Assembly (NCBI GenBank): GCA_026400755.1
Contig: JAPLOM010000011.1
Location: 14,815 to 78,814 of the forward strand
Length of the DNA stretch: 64,000 nucleotides
Origin: Alphaproteobacteria bacterium
GTDB lineage: Bacteria > Pseudomonadota > Alphaproteobacteria > CADEGL01
Direction of reading: 5' to 3'
Both the position numbers and the translations under genes were made by a program. This document shows, in pieces, positions 42,100 through 55,972 of this stretch (the first letter of the stretch is position 1; each line of letters opens with the position of its first letter). The notes under the pieces are model-generated. The model was not told where the DNA came from, did no database searches, and worked only from the letters and a program-made list of their open reading frames with translations.

Positions 42100-42126
42100 C
42101 CTATAACCAATTATAATAGTTGTATG
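42100..42126. promoter_or_regulatory. AT-rich ICE-like site upstream of irr
   Basis: CCTATAACCAATTATAATAGTTGTATG, overlapping imperfect 7-3-7 inverted repeats. Confidence 0.45.
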
Positions 42127-42130
42127 TTTT

Positions 42131-42943
42131 TCAGGATTCCGCGGGGCCACCGGCGCGCGGATCGGGCATGCCGATGGCGTGATAGCCACAATCGACCCGC
42201 AGCACTTCGCCCGTGACGCCCGAGGACAGATCGGACGCCAGATACAGCGCGGCCGCGCCGACCTCGTCGAGCCTCAGATCGCGGCGCAGCGGCGCATGAT
42301 CGCGGTGCCAGTTGAGGATGCGGCGCGCGTCGCTGATGGCTGCACCCGCGAGCGTGCGCATGGGGCCGGCCGAGAGCGCGTTGACGCGGATGCCGCTGGG
42401 GCCGAGATCGACGGCAAGATAGCGCACGCTCGTCTCCAACGCGGCCTTGGCCACACCCATGACGTTGTAACTGGGGATGACGCGCTGCGAGCCCTCGAAG
42501 GTCAGCGTGATCAAGCTGCCGCCGACCGACATGAGCGGCGCCGCGCGGCGCGCGACCTCGGTGAAGGAAAAGCACGAGATCAGCAGCGTGCGGCGGAAAT
42601 TCTCACGCGTGGTGTCGCTGTAGCGGCCCTTCAATTCGTTCTTGTCGGAAAAGGCGATGGCGTGGATGACAAAATCGAGCGCCCCCCATTCCTTGGCCAG
42701 CGTGCCGAAGGTCTGGTCCATGCCGGCCGCATCCTCGACATCGCACGGCAGGATGAGGCGCGCGCCCAGGCTTTCCGCCAGCGGCCGCACGCGTTTGCCC
42801 AGCGCGTCACCCTGATAGGTGAAGGCCATTTCGGCCCCCGCCGCGTACAGCGCGGTCGCGATGCCCCAAGCGATCGAGTGATCGTTGGCGACGCCCATGA
42901 TCAGGCCGCGCTTGCCCTTCATGATGCCGTCGATGCCGGTCAT
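42131..42943 (-). CDS. fabI: Enoyl-ACP reductase
   Basis: GVANDHSIAWGIA, YNVMGVAKAALE, VNALSAGPMRTLA. Confidence 0.95.
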   Translation of the reverse strand: MTGIDGIMKGKRGLIMGVANDHSIAWGIATALYAAGAEMAFTYQGDALGKRVRPLAESLGARLILPCDVEDAAGMDQTFGTLAKEWGALDFVIHAIAFSDKNELKGRYSDTTRENFRRTLLISCFSFTEVARRAAPLMSVGGSLITLTFEGSQRVIPSYNVMGVAKAALETSVRYLAVDLGPSGIRVNALSAGPMRTLAGAAISDARRILNWHRDHAPLRRDLRLDEVGAAALYLASDLSSGVTGEVLRVDCGYHAIGMPDPRAGGPAES

Positions 42944-43006
42944 GGACAAAACGCCGGGCGCAAGCGCGCCGAAAGATGAGGGACATTCACGTCGATTGCT
43001 CGGCGA

Positions 43007-44230
43007 TCAGCCGTCGTACCGCTGGAAGGCCAGGGTCGCGTTGGTCCCCCCGAAGCCGAAGCTGTTGGACAGGACGCAGTTGATGTCCACGTTGTCCTGC
43101 CGTTCGCGGACCAATGGCATGCCTTCCGCCGCAGGCTCCAGATTATCGACATTCGCCGACGCGCAGATGAAGCGGTTTTCCATCATCAACAGCGCATAGA
43201 TGACTTCGTGCACGCCCGCCGCGCCCAGTGAGTGGCCGGTCAGCGCCTTGGTCGAATTGAACGCCGGGATGCGGTTACGCTTGGCGAAGACGGCCTTGAT
43301 GGCCTCCAACTCCTTCACATCGCCGACCGGCGTGCCGGTGCCGTGGGTGTTGATGTAATCGACCGGCGTGTCGAGATCGCGCATGGCCATTTCCATGCAG
43401 CGCCGCGCGCCGTCGCCCGAGGGCTGAACCATGTCGAAGCCATCGGAGGTGGCGCCATAGCCAACCAGTTCGCCATAGATCTTGGCGCCGCGCGCCTTGG
43501 CGTGCTCTAGCTCTTCCAGCACCACCGCGCCGCCGCCGCCCGCGATGACGAAACCGTCGCGGTCGCGATCGAAGGGGCGCGAGGCCGCCTGGGGCCGGTC
43601 GTTGTATTTGGAGGACAGCGCCGGCATGGCGTCGAACAGGACGGAAAGGCTCCAATGCAGCTCTTCGCCACCGCCCGCGAAGACGATGTCCTGCTTGCCG
43701 AGCTGGATCAGTTCCGCACCGTTGCCGATGCAGTGGGCCGAGGTAGAGCAGGCCGAGCTGATCGAATAATTGACGCCCTTGATCTTGAAGAACGTGGAAA
43801 GGGTCGCGGAGTTGGTGCTCGACATGGCGCGCGGCACCATGAACGGGCCAACATGCTTGGGACCCTTGGTGCGCGCCGCGTCGGCGGCCGCGACCTGGTT
43901 CTTCGTGGACGGGCCGCCCGAGCCCATGATGAGGCCCGCGCGCTCGTTGGAGACCTCGTCATCGCCCAATCCCGAATCGGCGATCGCCTCCTTGAGCGCG
44001 ATGTAGTTATAGGCCGCGCCGTCGCCCATGAAGCGGCGGTGACGGCGGTCGACTTGCGCATCGATGTCGATGTTGGGCTTGCCGTGCACGTGGCTGCGGA
44101 AGCCCATCTCCTTGTATTCCTCGGCGAAGCTCAAGCCCGAGCGGCCCTGGCGCAGCGAGTCCAGCACTTCGCCCTTGTTGGCGCCAATGCTGGACACGAT
44201 GCCCATTCCCGTGACGACAACTCGTCTCAT
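43007..44230 (-). CDS. fabB: Beta-ketoacyl-ACP synthase I
   Basis: [48 protein letters not shown]. Confidence 0.96.
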   Translation of the reverse strand: MRRVVVTGMGIVSSIGANKGEVLDSLRQGRSGLSFAEEYKEMGFRSHVHGKPNIDIDAQVDRRHRRFMGDGAAYNYIALKEAIADSGLGDDEVSNERAGLIMGSGGPSTKNQVAAADAARTKGPKHVGPFMVPRAMSSTNSATLSTFFKIKGVNYSISSACSTSAHCIGNGAELIQLGKQDIVFAGGGEELHWSLSVLFDAMPALSSKYNDRPQAASRPFDRDRDGFVIAGGGGAVVLEELEHAKARGAKIYGELVGYGATSDGFDMVQPSGDGARRCMEMAMRDLDTPVDYINTHGTGTPVGDVKELEAIKAVFAKRNRIPAFNSTKALTGHSLGAAGVHEVIYALLMMENRFICASANVDNLEPAAEGMPLVRERQDNVDINCVLSNSFGFGGTNATLAFQRYDG

Positions 44231-44252
44231 GGCCTTTTCTCCCGCGCCGCCG

Positions 44253-44780
44253 TCATTCCGGTTTCGGCGCCGCCGCAAACAATCCGACCCGCATATCCTT
44301 GGCTTCGTAAGTCAACTGCCCGTCCGCGGTGACCGTTCCGTCCGCGATGCCCAGCACGACCTGACGCGCGACGACGCGCCTGATGTTCAGGTGATAGACC
44401 AGCTTCTTGACCGTGGGCAGGATCTGGCCGCTGAAGCGTACCTCGCCCACGCCCAACGCGCGGCCGGCACCGGGCGCACCGGTCCAGCCCAGGAAGAAAC
44501 CCAGAAGCTGCCACATGGCATCGAGCCCGAAGGCGCCAGGCATGATCGGGTCGGACACGAAGTGATATTTGAAGAACCACAGGTCCGGCTTGATGTCCTG
44601 CTCGGCGATCAACTCGCCTTTGCCGTATTTGCCGCCCTTGTCCGTGATCTGGACGATGCGGTCGAGCATGAGGAGCGGCGGCAGCGGCAGCCGCGCGTTG
44701 CCAGGACCGAAGATGCGGCCATGGGCGCATTCCAGCAGGTCCTCGTACCCGTAACTGTTTTTCTTTTTCGTGGAATCCAC
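44253..44780 (-). CDS. fabA: 3-hydroxydecanoyl-ACP dehydratase/isomerase
   Basis: [44 protein letters not shown]; start is GTG 44780 or ATG 44804. Confidence 0.95.
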   Translation of the reverse strand: MDSTKKKNSYGYEDLLECAHGRIFGPGNARLPLPPLLMLDRIVQITDKGGKYGKGELIAEQDIKPDLWFFKYHFVSDPIMPGAFGLDAMWQLLGFFLGWTGAPGAGRALGVGEVRFSGQILPTVKKLVYHLNIRRVVARQVVLGIADGTVTADGQLTYEAKDMRVGLFAAAPKPE

Positions 44781-44903
44781 GTCACACGCCGGCTGGTCAC
44801 ACATAAAGGCCCCGGCAGTTCGCGAGAACGAACCGTGACCGTGGGCCCTTGCCCTATGGAGGAATGTATATATGAACGGGTCCGAGAAAAAACCACTCGA
44901 AGG

Positions 44904-45728
44904 TCAGGGCGCGGCCAATAAACGGGGCGGATCGTCGGTAAAAATTGCGGTCGCGCCCCAATTCCACAGGCTGCGCGCCCGCCGGACGTCGTTCACCGTG
45001 TAAATCGCGACCGGCAAACCCGCCCCTTTCAGGATTTCGACGCCGGCTCGGTCGAGCCCGCGCGCCCCGCAATGGATGGCGGCAGCACCAACGCGCACCG
45101 CCCAGGCCCGCCACTGGGGCTGGCGTGGGGTTCGGATCAAAAGCCCGCGCGGCCAACCCGCATCCTCGGCCGCGAGCGTGGCTAGGACGCTCCAATCGAA
45201 CGAGGAGAGCAGCGGGCGCGGCCGATCGCGTGGCCACCTCTCGCGCAACACGGCCAGCACCGCGCGCGCCGTGGCGGCGCCCTGGGCTTCCTCCGGTTTC
45301 AGCTCGATATTGGCCGCGAGATTGAGTGCAGCCAGCACCCTGATCGTCTCGACAAGCGTGGGAACGCGCTCGTCCGCGAAGCGGGGGGCGAACCAGGCGC
45401 CCGCGTCCAGCCGGCGCACCTGAGACAAGGTCAACGCGCCAAGCCGGCCGCGCCCGTCGGTGGTGCGCTCGACCGTGTCGTCATGGAAAAGAACGGGCAC
45501 GCCGTCCCGGGTCAGGCGCACGTCGAACTCGACGCACGCAACGCCCATGGATGCGGCGGCGCGCAAGCCGGCCAATGTGTTTTCCGGCGCATGGCGCGCG
45601 GCGCCGCGATGGCCGATGAAGGGTGGGAAAGCAAAGCCCGAAGAAAAAAAGGACGGCCCCGAGGGACCGTCCTTTTCCGACGTCTTCTTTGTTCGCGCGG
45701 GCGTCTTAGCCTTCGGCGCGGTCGCCAT
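44904..45728 (-). CDS. Glycerophosphodiester phosphodiesterase (UgpQ-like)
   Basis: [44 protein letters not shown]; the nearest in-frame start is ATG 45728 inside pnp. Confidence 0.88.
   Translation of the reverse strand: MATAPKAKTPARTKKTSEKDGPSGPSFFSSGFAFPPFIGHRGAARHAPENTLAGLRAAASMGVACVEFDVRLTRDGVPVLFHDDTVERTTDGRGRLGALTLSQVRRLDAGAWFAPRFADERVPTLVETIRVLAALNLAANIELKPEEAQGAATARAVLAVLRERWPRDRPRPLLSSFDWSVLATLAAEDAGWPRGLLIRTPRQPQWRAWAVRVGAAAIHCGARGLDRAGVEILKGAGLPVAIYTVNDVRRARSLWNWGATAIFTDDPPRLLAAP
45644..45676 (-). terminator. Rho-independent terminator after pnp (inside the GDPD ORF)
   Basis: AAAAGGACGGTCC-CTCG-GGGCCGTCC-TTTTTTT on the minus strand. Confidence 0.85.
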
Positions 45729-47850
45729 CTTCACGCTTTTCGCGTGGCGGCGGTGCGATCTCCTGACCGGTCTGCTGGTCGACGACCTTCATGGAGAGGC
45801 GAACCTTGCCGCGGTCGTCGAGACCGATGCACTTCACCTTCACGACGTCGCCTTCGTTGACCACGTCGGTGACCTTCTTCACGCGCTGGGCCGCCAGTTC
45901 GGAAATATGGACCAGCCCGTCGCGGGTGCCCATGAAGTTTACGAACGCGCCGAACTCGGCCACCTTCACGACCTTGCCGGTGTAGATGGTGCCGACCTCG
46001 GGCTCGGCCACGATGCCGCGGATGCGCTCGAGAGCGGCATCGATCGACTTGGTATCCACGGCCGCGATCTTGATCGTGCCGTCATCCTCGATGTCGATCT
46101 TCGCACCCGTGGTCTCCACGATGTCGCGGATGACCTTGCCGCCCGTGCCGATAACTTCGCGGATACGATCCTTGGGGATCGTGATGGTCACGATGCGCGG
46201 CGCGTGCTGGCTGACGCCCTCACGCGAGGTGGTCAGCGCGCGCGCCATCTCGCCCAGGATGTGCAGGCGGCCGTCGCGTGCCTGCTTGAGCGCGATCTCC
46301 ATGATCTCGCGCGTGATGCTCGTGATCTTGATATCCATCTGCAGCGCGGTGACGCCGTTCTCGGAGCCGGCCACCTTGAAGTCCATGTCGCCGAGATGGT
46401 CCTCGTCGCCCAGGATGTCGGAGAGAACGGCGAACTTGTCGTTCTCCTTGATCAAGCCCATGGCGATGCCGGCCACCGGACGTACGAGCGGTGCGCCCGC
46501 GTCCATGAGCGACAATGAAGCGCCGCAAACGGTCGCCATCGAGGAGGAGCCGTTCGATTCGGTGATCTCGGAGACCACGCGCATCGTGTAGGGGAACGCC
46601 TCCTTGGTCGGCAGGAGCGGACGGATCGAGCGCCAGGCCAGCTTGCCGTGGCCGATTTCGCGACGACCCGGAGAGCCCATGCGGCCCGCTTCGCCCACCG
46701 AGTACGGCGGGAAGTTGTAGTGCAGCATGAAGTGCTCGCGGTACTCGCCCGCCAGCGCGTCGATGATCTGCTCGTCCTGACCCGTGCCGAGAGTCGCGAC
46801 CACGAGGGCCTGCGTCTCGCCGCGGGTGAAGAGCGCGCTGCCGTGCGCGCGGGGCAGGATGCCCACCTCGGCCACGATCGGGCGCACCGTCTTGGTGTCG
46901 CGGCCGTCGATGCGGCGGCCGGTGTCCAGAATCTGGCCGCGTACGATGTCGCTCTCCAGCTTCTTGAAGACCTGGCCGGCCAACTGCGCGTTGGCGTCAG
47001 GGCCGAGCGCCTCGATCAGCGAAGTCTTGGCGGCACCCAGCTGCGCCACGCGCTGCTGCTTCACGGTCGTGCCGTAGGCGTCGCGCAGCTTGCCGGCGAC
47101 GAGATCGCGCACGCGCGTCTTCATCGCATCGAACTCCGGCGAAGGCTGCGGTATCGGCCACGGGTCCTTCGCGGACTGCTCGGCCAAGGCGATGATGGCC
47201 TGGATGACCGGCTGGAACTGCTCGAAGCCGAACATGACGGCGCCGAGCATGATTTCCTCGGACAGCTCATGGGCTTCCGATTCGACCATCAGGACGCCTT
47301 CGGCCGTGCCCGCGACGACGAGGTCGAGCTTGGAGTTGACCAGGTCCTCGATGCGCGGGTTCAGCACATACTGGCCATCGATATAACCGACGCGCGCGGC
47401 AGCGATGGGACCCAGGAACGGGATGCCCGAGATGGTGAGCGCCGCCGAGGTGCCGACCAAGGCGACGATGTCTGGATCGTTCTCGAGATCGTGGCTGAGC
47501 GTCGTCGCGACGATCTGCGTCTCGTTGCGGAAACCGTCCGCGAAGAGCGGGCGGATCGGCCGGTCGATCAGACGCGAGGTCAGCACTTCCTTTTCTGTCG
47601 GACGGCCTTCACGCTTGAAGAAGCCGCCGGGGATCTTGCCCGCGGCGAAGGTCTTCTCCTGGTAGTTGACCGTGAGGGGGAAGAAGTCGATCCCTTCGCG
47701 CGGCTTTTTCGCGCCAACCGCGGTGCAGAGAACCGTCGTCTCGCCGTACGTCACGAGAACCGCGCCGTCGGCTTGGCGGGCGATCTTGCCGGTCTCTAGG
47801 ACCAGCGTGCGTCCGCCCCACTGAATTTCTTTACGATGCACTTGAAACAT
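45706..47850 (-). CDS. pnp: Polyribonucleotide nucleotidyltransferase
   Basis: [43 protein letters not shown] and S1 domains. Confidence 0.98.
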   Translation of the reverse strand: MFQVHRKEIQWGGRTLVLETGKIARQADGAVLVTYGETTVLCTAVGAKKPREGIDFFPLTVNYQEKTFAAGKIPGGFFKREGRPTEKEVLTSRLIDRPIRPLFADGFRNETQIVATTLSHDLENDPDIVALVGTSAALTISGIPFLGPIAAARVGYIDGQYVLNPRIEDLVNSKLDLVVAGTAEGVLMVESEAHELSEEIMLGAVMFGFEQFQPVIQAIIALAEQSAKDPWPIPQPSPEFDAMKTRVRDLVAGKLRDAYGTTVKQQRVAQLGAAKTSLIEALGPDANAQLAGQVFKKLESDIVRGQILDTGRRIDGRDTKTVRPIVAEVGILPRAHGSALFTRGETQALVVATLGTGQDEQIIDALAGEYREHFMLHYNFPPYSVGEAGRMGSPGRREIGHGKLAWRSIRPLLPTKEAFPYTMRVVSEITESNGSSSMATVCGASLSLMDAGAPLVRPVAGIAMGLIKENDKFAVLSDILGDEDHLGDMDFKVAGSENGVTALQMDIKITSITREIMEIALKQARDGRLHILGEMARALTTSREGVSQHAPRIVTITIPKDRIREVIGTGGKVIRDIVETTGAKIDIEDDGTIKIAAVDTKSIDAALERIRGIVAEPEVGTIYTGKVVKVAEFGAFVNFMGTRDGLVHISELAAQRVKKVTDVVNEGDVVKVKCIGLDDRGKVRLSMKVVDQQTGQEIAPPPREKREDGDRAEG

Positions 47851-47871
47851 TTCTTTCCATTCCTTCCGCTG

Positions 47872-48025
47872 GACGGGTCCGTGTCAGCGGCTCAAGGACG
47901 TCCTGCCGTGCGCCTGTTACCTTCTCCGCGCCCGAGCGTCCCGCCGCCATGTGGCGACCCGTCATACATATCCGCCTGCTGCCAGCACCCACGGCCGGCG
48001 CACGCACATGTGCGCGCGCCGCCGT
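47872..48025 (-). promoter_or_regulatory. Structured rpsO-pnp intergenic leader (post-rpsO hairpin plus a long stem, likely RNase III site)
   Basis: Hairpin at 47991-48025; long-range pairs GACGGGTC/GACCCGTC, GGCGGC/GCCGCT and GGGACG/CGTCCT across 47872-47963. Confidence 0.55.
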
Positions 48026-48046
48026 CGAGGCATCCAGCCGGTCGGG

Positions 48047-48316
48047 TTATCGGCGCAGTCCGTGCCGTTCGAGAACGGAGGCGTAGCGCGCCTGGTCTTT
48101 TCCCTTGAGATAGTCGAGCAAGCGCCGGCGCTGGCCGACGAGCACGAGCAGGCCGCGCCGGGAGTGCACGTCCTTCTTATGCGTGTTGAGATGCTCGGTG
48201 AGGTTCTTGATGCGCTCCGACAGGACGGCCACCTGAACTTCCGGCGACCCCGTGTCTCCGTCCTTGCGCGCGTTTTCCTTGATGAGCGCAGCCTTGCGCT
48301 CTGCAGTAATCGACAT
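48047..48316 (-). CDS. rpsO: 30S ribosomal protein S15
   Basis: [30 protein letters not shown]; AAGGAG SD. Confidence 0.98.
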   Translation of the reverse strand: MSITAERKAALIKENARKDGDTGSPEVQVAVLSERIKNLTEHLNTHKKDVHSRRGLLVLVGQRRRLLDYLKGKDQARYASVLERHGLRR

Positions 48317-48333
48317 CGGGTTCTCCTTGCGAT

Positions 48334-49254
48334 TTAGAGGTTGAAGCCGCGCACGGACCGGATCTGGTTGCCATCGACCCGGATGATCGCCACCGTCCGA
48401 TCGCCCCAACAGGCACGGACGACGACGCCCGGTTCCAAACGGCCCAACAGAGCCTGGTCTTCCGTGCGAAGCACCTCGACCGATTGGCCGCAACGCAGCC
48501 GTTCAGCTTCCATTTCGGTCAGGGCCAGAGCCGGGATGTCGTCCAGCACGGTCTCGACCGAAAAAAGGTGCTTTGAGTGCGCCGCACTATGGCCGAGAGA
48601 CCCTAGTTCTTCCAGTGAAATCGCCTGTTTTTCGTTGAACGGGCCGGCCTGGTGACGGCGCAGGTGGACGATATGACCCGCAGTTCCTAAATCTTGCGCC
48701 AAATCCCGTGCAAGACTCCGGATATAGGTACCCTTGCCGCAATCCACGCTGAAATCGGCGTGATCGGCGTCCGGCTGGCCAATCAACTCCAGCCGATAGA
48801 CCTCGACCTCACGCGCGGCCAATTTGGGTGACTTGTCGGCCCGGGCGAGCTTATACGCGCGGCGGCCGCCAACCTTGATCGCCGAATAATCGGGCGGCAC
48901 TTGGCGGATACGACCGGTGAATCGCGGCAGAGCGGCCAGAATGGCGTCGCGCGTGGGCCGCACTTCGCTCTCGGTCACGATTTGGCCCGCCGCATCGTCA
49001 GTATCGCGCGCTTGGCCCCAGCGCACGGTGAAGCCGTATTGCTTCCGGGCGTCCATGACATAGGCCACGGTCTTGGTGGCTTCGCCGAAGGCCAGCGGCA
49101 GGACGCCGGTGGCCAAAGGGTCGAGCGTGCCGCCATGGCCGACCTTGGCCGCGCCCGTCGTGCGCTTGGCGATGCCGACGATCGCGGCCGAGCTCAAGCC
49201 TCGCGGTTTGTCGATGATAAGCCAGCCGTTGATCGAAAGGCCGATTCGCGCCAT
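48334..49254 (-). CDS. truB: tRNA pseudouridine(55) synthase
   Basis: [33 protein letters not shown]. Confidence 0.97.
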   Translation of the reverse strand: MARIGLSINGWLIIDKPRGLSSAAIVGIAKRTTGAAKVGHGGTLDPLATGVLPLAFGEATKTVAYVMDARKQYGFTVRWGQARDTDDAAGQIVTESEVRPTRDAILAALPRFTGRIRQVPPDYSAIKVGGRRAYKLARADKSPKLAAREVEVYRLELIGQPDADHADFSVDCGKGTYIRSLARDLAQDLGTAGHIVHLRRHQAGPFNEKQAISLEELGSLGHSAAHSKHLFSVETVLDDIPALALTEMEAERLRCGQSVEVLRTEDQALLGRLEPGVVVRACWGDRTVAIIRVDGNQIRSVRGFNL

Positions 49255-49694
49255 CAGCCGCCCTTTGCGCTCTTGGTGCGGCGACGACGCGGCTTGGGCT
49301 TGCCGGGCGCGGGCGGCTCGAGGTCGCGCACAACCGCGGGACTGCGCAGCAACGCATCGATGCGCGCCGCCTGACCGAAGGAGGCATCCTCGCGGAAATG
49401 GAGATCGGGCAGAACGCGCAACTGCAAGGCCGGCGCGATCTGGTGGCGCAGATAGAGGGCCGCGCGATTGAGCGCCTTGACCAGCTCCGCCGCGTCGCCA
49501 CCCGCGGCGAACGGCACGATGAAGGCGGTCGCATGACGCAAGTCCGGGCTCATGCGCACCTCGGTCACGGTGACCGAGGATTCGACCAGGACCGGATCGC
49601 GGAAATGCGCGCGCTCCATGGCCGCGATCAGCGCATGACGGACAACCTCGCCCACGCGCAGCTGGCGCTGGGACGGCTCATGCGGGTTCTGCAT
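49254..49694 (-). CDS. rbfA: Ribosome-binding factor A
   Basis: RQLRVGE, VTVTEVRMSPDL, PDLHFRED. Confidence 0.96.
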   Translation of the reverse strand: MQNPHEPSQRQLRVGEVVRHALIAAMERAHFRDPVLVESSVTVTEVRMSPDLRHATAFIVPFAAGGDAAELVKALNRAALYLRHQIAPALQLRVLPDLHFREDASFGQAARIDALLRSPAVVRDLEPPAPGKPKPRRRRTKSAKGG

Positions 49695-49756
49695 GTCTCT
49701 CTCGACCGTTCGCAGGCCGCCGGTTCAAGCCGGCGGCGCGAACAAGCCGCGGCGGC

Positions 49757-52387
<2,631 letters not shown>

Positions 52388-52402
52388 TTCCACTCAGCCG
52401 TT

Positions 52403-53029
52403 TTACGGTGCAATTTGTTTGATACGGAAGCCCGCGAGGCGATCGGCCTCGCGGCGGATGGCGTCTGCCAGCGGGCCTGCGGCCACGGCGGCATGGACGG
52501 CGTGCGAGCGCCCGAAGGCGGCGCCCAGCTCACCGCTGGTGAAAGTCTCCAGAACCGGAAGATCCGGCGCCAGGGCCTTGAGTTTCGCAGCGCCGCCCTG
52601 AGCGCCGTCGGACGCGGCGAACAGAACAGCCACGCGGCCCCCGCGCAACCATTTGTCGACGGTCATGAAGCCAGCCACCGCCGTGCCGGAACGGCGGGCG
52701 AAGCCGACATAGTCGAGAACACGCGAGGCCAGAAGCGATGCGACCTGACTGACCAGATCATCCGGCGCCCTGACGGAGGCTTTCAGGGCTCGCGAGAATG
52801 CGCCCGTCTTGATTGCCTTTTCGAGAGAAACGCTATCCGCCGAAACCCAGACGCCACGGCCCGGCAGACGTTCGGCTACATCCGGCACGACCGTGCCGTC
52901 GGGGCCGGCGACGAAGCGAATCAGCGCATCCTTGGGTTGCGCCGCGCCGGAAACGATGCAGCGCCGCTCGGGCGAGTCCTCGCGCGCCGCTATCGTCCGA
53001 TCCAGTTCCTGCCTGAGGCGTTCCGCCAT
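52403..53029 (-). CDS. YlxR/DUF448 + L7Ae-like RNA-binding protein
   Basis: PERRCIVSG..LIRFV..LPGRGVW, ASDG, ELGAAFGR; located between nusA and infB. Confidence 0.9.
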   Translation of the reverse strand: MAERLRQELDRTIAAREDSPERRCIVSGAAQPKDALIRFVAGPDGTVVPDVAERLPGRGVWVSADSVSLEKAIKTGAFSRALKASVRAPDDLVSQVASLLASRVLDYVGFARRSGTAVAGFMTVDKWLRGGRVAVLFAASDGAQGGAAKLKALAPDLPVLETFTSGELGAAFGRSHAVHAAVAAGPLADAIRREADRLAGFRIKQIAP

Positions 53030-53042
53030 GAAGCCGGGGCCC

Positions 53043-54608
53043 TCACGCTGAGCCTGCGTCGGCCGACGCATCGGCCTTGGCCGGCTCGTCGTCGAACCAA
53101 TGCGCGCGCGCCGCCATGATGATGGCGTTGGCGTCGTCCTGGCTGAGGTCGAAGCCCTTGAGGATGCCGCTCTCGCGGTCGACCAGCTCGTCGGACGCCA
53201 GGTCCGCCAGGTCTTCGCGCGTCTTGATGCCGGCTTCACCCAGCGCGACCAACATCGCGGAGTTGAGGCCCGGAATCTCGACCAGATCCTCGGCCACGCC
53301 CAGTTCGTTGCGGCGCTGGAGCAGACGCTCCTCGCGCTCGTCGATGAACCTCTGCGCGCGGTCCTTCAGTTCGACGGCCACGTTCTCGTCGAAGCCCTCG
53401 ATCGAGCCCAGTTCCTCGACGGGCACGAAGGCCACGTCCTCGACGGTCGCGAAACCCTCGGCCACGAGCAAATGCGCGATGACATCGTCGACATCGAGCG
53501 CCTCGATGAAGACGTGCGAGCGCTCCTTCAGCTCCTTCGTGCGCTGCTCGGATTCCTCGGCCTCGGTCATGATGTCGATTTCCCAGCCGGTAAGCTGAGA
53601 CGCCAGGCGAACGTTCTGGCCACGGCGGCCAATGGCCAGCGACAGCTGCTCGTCGGGCACGATCACGTCGATGCGGTGCGCTTCCTCGTCGAGCACGACC
53701 TTGGTCACTTCAGCCGGCGCCAGCGCGTTCACGACGAAGGTAGCCGGATCCTGCGACCAGGGGATGATGTCGATCTTCTCGCCTTGCAGCTCGCCGACCA
53801 CGGCTTGGACGCGGCTGCCGCGCATACCGACGCAGGCGCCGACCGGATCGATGCTGGAATCGTGCGACACCACGGCGATCTTGGCGCGGCTGCCCGGATC
53901 GCGGGCGACGGCCTTGATCTCGATGATGCCGTCGTACATCTCCGGCACTTCCTGGGCGAACAGCTTCGCCATGAACTGCGGATGGGTACGCGACAGGAAG
54001 ATTTGCGGGCCGCGGGGCTCCTCGCGCACGTCCTCGATGTAAGCGCGCACGCGGTCGCCCTGACGGAACGTCTCGCGTGGTATCAGCTCCTCGCGGCGGA
54101 TGATGGCCTCGGCGCGACCCATGTCGACCAGGATGTTGCCGAACTCGATGCGCTTGACCAAGCCATGGACGATTTCGCCGACGCGGTCGCGGTATTCCAC
54201 GTATTGGCGTTGACGTTCGGCCTCGCGCACCTTCTGCACGATGACCTGCTTGGCCGTCTGGGCGGCCACGCGGCCGAAATCGATGGGCGGCAGCGGATCG
54301 ACGATGAAGCCGCCGATCTCGATCTTGGCGTCGAGCTTGCGACCGGCCTCGAGCGTCAGCTGCGTGGCCTCGTTCTCGATCGTCTCGACGACCTGGCGAT
54401 AGCGATAGAGCTTGATATCGCCCGATTTGCGGTCGATCTCGGCGCGGATGTCGTGCTCATGCCCGTACTTGGAACGGCCTGCCTTCTGAATGGCCTGCTC
54501 CATGGCAATGACCACTTCCTCGCGGTCGATGCTCTTGTCGCGCGCGACGGCGTCGGCGACCTGGAGAAGCTCAAGACGTTGAATCTGTTCGATGGCTTCG
54601 CCTGCCAT
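53043..54608 (-). CDS. nusA: Transcription termination/antitermination factor NusA
   Basis: [45 protein letters not shown]. Confidence 0.98.
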   Translation of the reverse strand: MAGEAIEQIQRLELLQVADAVARDKSIDREEVVIAMEQAIQKAGRSKYGHEHDIRAEIDRKSGDIKLYRYRQVVETIENEATQLTLEAGRKLDAKIEIGGFIVDPLPPIDFGRVAAQTAKQVIVQKVREAERQRQYVEYRDRVGEIVHGLVKRIEFGNILVDMGRAEAIIRREELIPRETFRQGDRVRAYIEDVREEPRGPQIFLSRTHPQFMAKLFAQEVPEMYDGIIEIKAVARDPGSRAKIAVVSHDSSIDPVGACVGMRGSRVQAVVGELQGEKIDIIPWSQDPATFVVNALAPAEVTKVVLDEEAHRIDVIVPDEQLSLAIGRRGQNVRLASQLTGWEIDIMTEAEESEQRTKELKERSHVFIEALDVDDVIAHLLVAEGFATVEDVAFVPVEELGSIEGFDENVAVELKDRAQRFIDEREERLLQRRNELGVAEDLVEIPGLNSAMLVALGEAGIKTREDLADLASDELVDRESGILKGFDLSQDDANAIIMAARAHWFDDEPAKADASADAGSA

Positions 54609-54612
54609 GGTC

Positions 54613-55101
54613 TCAGTGTTCCTTCTTGTTCGCGGCCGCGATCAACTCGTCCGTCAGGACCAGCTTCGCCGCCGAAATAACTTCCAGAGGCACCGCCATC
54701 TCACCTTCCGGCATGGCGATGCGCACCTGTTCGCCCGCCAGTCCCAGGATCCGTCCGCGGAAGCGGCGGCGTCCTTCGACCGGCTCGCGCAGTTCGACCT
54801 TGGCCTCGTGGCCGGCGAACCGCTCATAGTCCTGCGCCCGCACCAGCGGACGGTCGATGCCGGGCGAGCTGACTTCCAGCGTGTAGGCGCCCGCGATGGG
54901 GTCTTCCACATCGAGATGGGCCGACAAGGCCCGGCTGATCTCGGCGCAATCATCCACCGACATGGCCTGTCCATCGCGGCGCTCGGCCATGACCTGAAGC
55001 GTCTGCTGATGCCCGCCCGACAGACGCACGCGCACGAGATCGTAGCCCATGGGCTCGATCGCTGACGCGACCACCGTTTCGATCCGCGCTTCGCTGCTCA
55101 T
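54613..55101 (-). CDS. rimP: Ribosome maturation factor RimP
   Basis: GYDLVRV, DCAEISR, YTLEVSSPGIDRPL. Confidence 0.96.
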   Translation of the reverse strand: MSSEARIETVVASAIEPMGYDLVRVRLSGGHQQTLQVMAERRDGQAMSVDDCAEISRALSAHLDVEDPIAGAYTLEVSSPGIDRPLVRAQDYERFAGHEAKVELREPVEGRRRFRGRILGLAGEQVRIAMPEGEMAVPLEVISAAKLVLTDELIAAANKKEH

Positions 55102-55150
55102 ATCCTGCCTTCGCCGGGCGACGGCCCCATGACCATGCCCAGAAACAATT

Positions 55151-55175
55151 AAGGCGGGCACCGAGGCCCACCCTT
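55151..55175 (-). promoter_or_regulatory. rimP-nusA-infB leader hairpin (attenuator-like)
   Basis: GGGTGGGC-CTCGGT-GCCCGCCT followed by TAATTGTTT; sigma70-like TTGCCG-N16-TATATC upstream. Confidence 0.55.
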
Positions 55176-55263
55176 CCCGTGGCTTTAATCAGCCAATCTA
55201 ACGATCTTGGGGTGATTTATTACCCAGTAGATATAACGGCTTCCGGCCCAACGGCAAGATGAA

Positions 55264-55968
55264 TCAGGGCCGCGGCCGGCGCCGAAAGCTCAAAAAATAA
55301 GGTTTTCGGCCACTTTGGCTGGCCTTTTCCTCGTAACGGGTGGGCGGCCAGTCCGCCGGCCGCGAGCGCCAGTCCGAGGGATCCCGGGCGGTCCAAACGA
55401 AGGCCGGATGATCCAGAACATGGGCCAGAATCCAGCCCAGATAGGCCGGATCGTCGGTCGCGACCCGGAATTCCGCGCCGTCCGCCAGGATTCGGGCCAG
55501 GGCGTCCAAATTAGCGGGATTTACGATTCGCCGCTTGTGATGACGCGCCTTGGGCCAGGGGTCGGGGAACAGAAGGAACGCCCGCTCGATCGAGGCGTCC
55601 GCCAAGGCGGCCAAAAGGGCCCCGGCGTCGTCCGGCCAGACCCGCACGTTACGCAAATCCTGCCGCGCGACCTGGGCCAGCAGGCTAGCGACCCCGTTCA
55701 CGAAAGGCTCGGCGCCCAGGATGCCCACATCCCGGTTGGAAGCCGCCTGCCAAGCCAGGTGCTCACCACCGCCGAAGCCGATCTCGAGCCATGCCGCCCT
55801 GGGGGCCGGCACGAACAGGCCACGCGGGTCGAGCGCACCGTCGGCCGGCAGCGCATCGAGCGAAACCGAGGCCAGGCCGCTGTCGAGAGCGGCCTGGCGC
55901 GCCGGGCGCAGCTTGCGGCCGCGCCGGCGGCCATAGCTCCGGATGCGGCGGGGTTCCGCCGCGTTCAT
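55264..55968 (-). CDS. trmB: tRNA (guanine-N7)-methyltransferase
   Basis: LEIGFGGGEH, FPDPWPKARHHKRR, ATDD, TRYEEKA. Confidence 0.96.
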   Translation of the reverse strand: MNAAEPRRIRSYGRRRGRKLRPARQAALDSGLASVSLDALPADGALDPRGLFVPAPRAAWLEIGFGGGEHLAWQAASNRDVGILGAEPFVNGVASLLAQVARQDLRNVRVWPDDAGALLAALADASIERAFLLFPDPWPKARHHKRRIVNPANLDALARILADGAEFRVATDDPAYLGWILAHVLDHPAFVWTARDPSDWRSRPADWPPTRYEEKASQSGRKPYFLSFRRRPRP

Positions 55969-55972
55969 GGCA

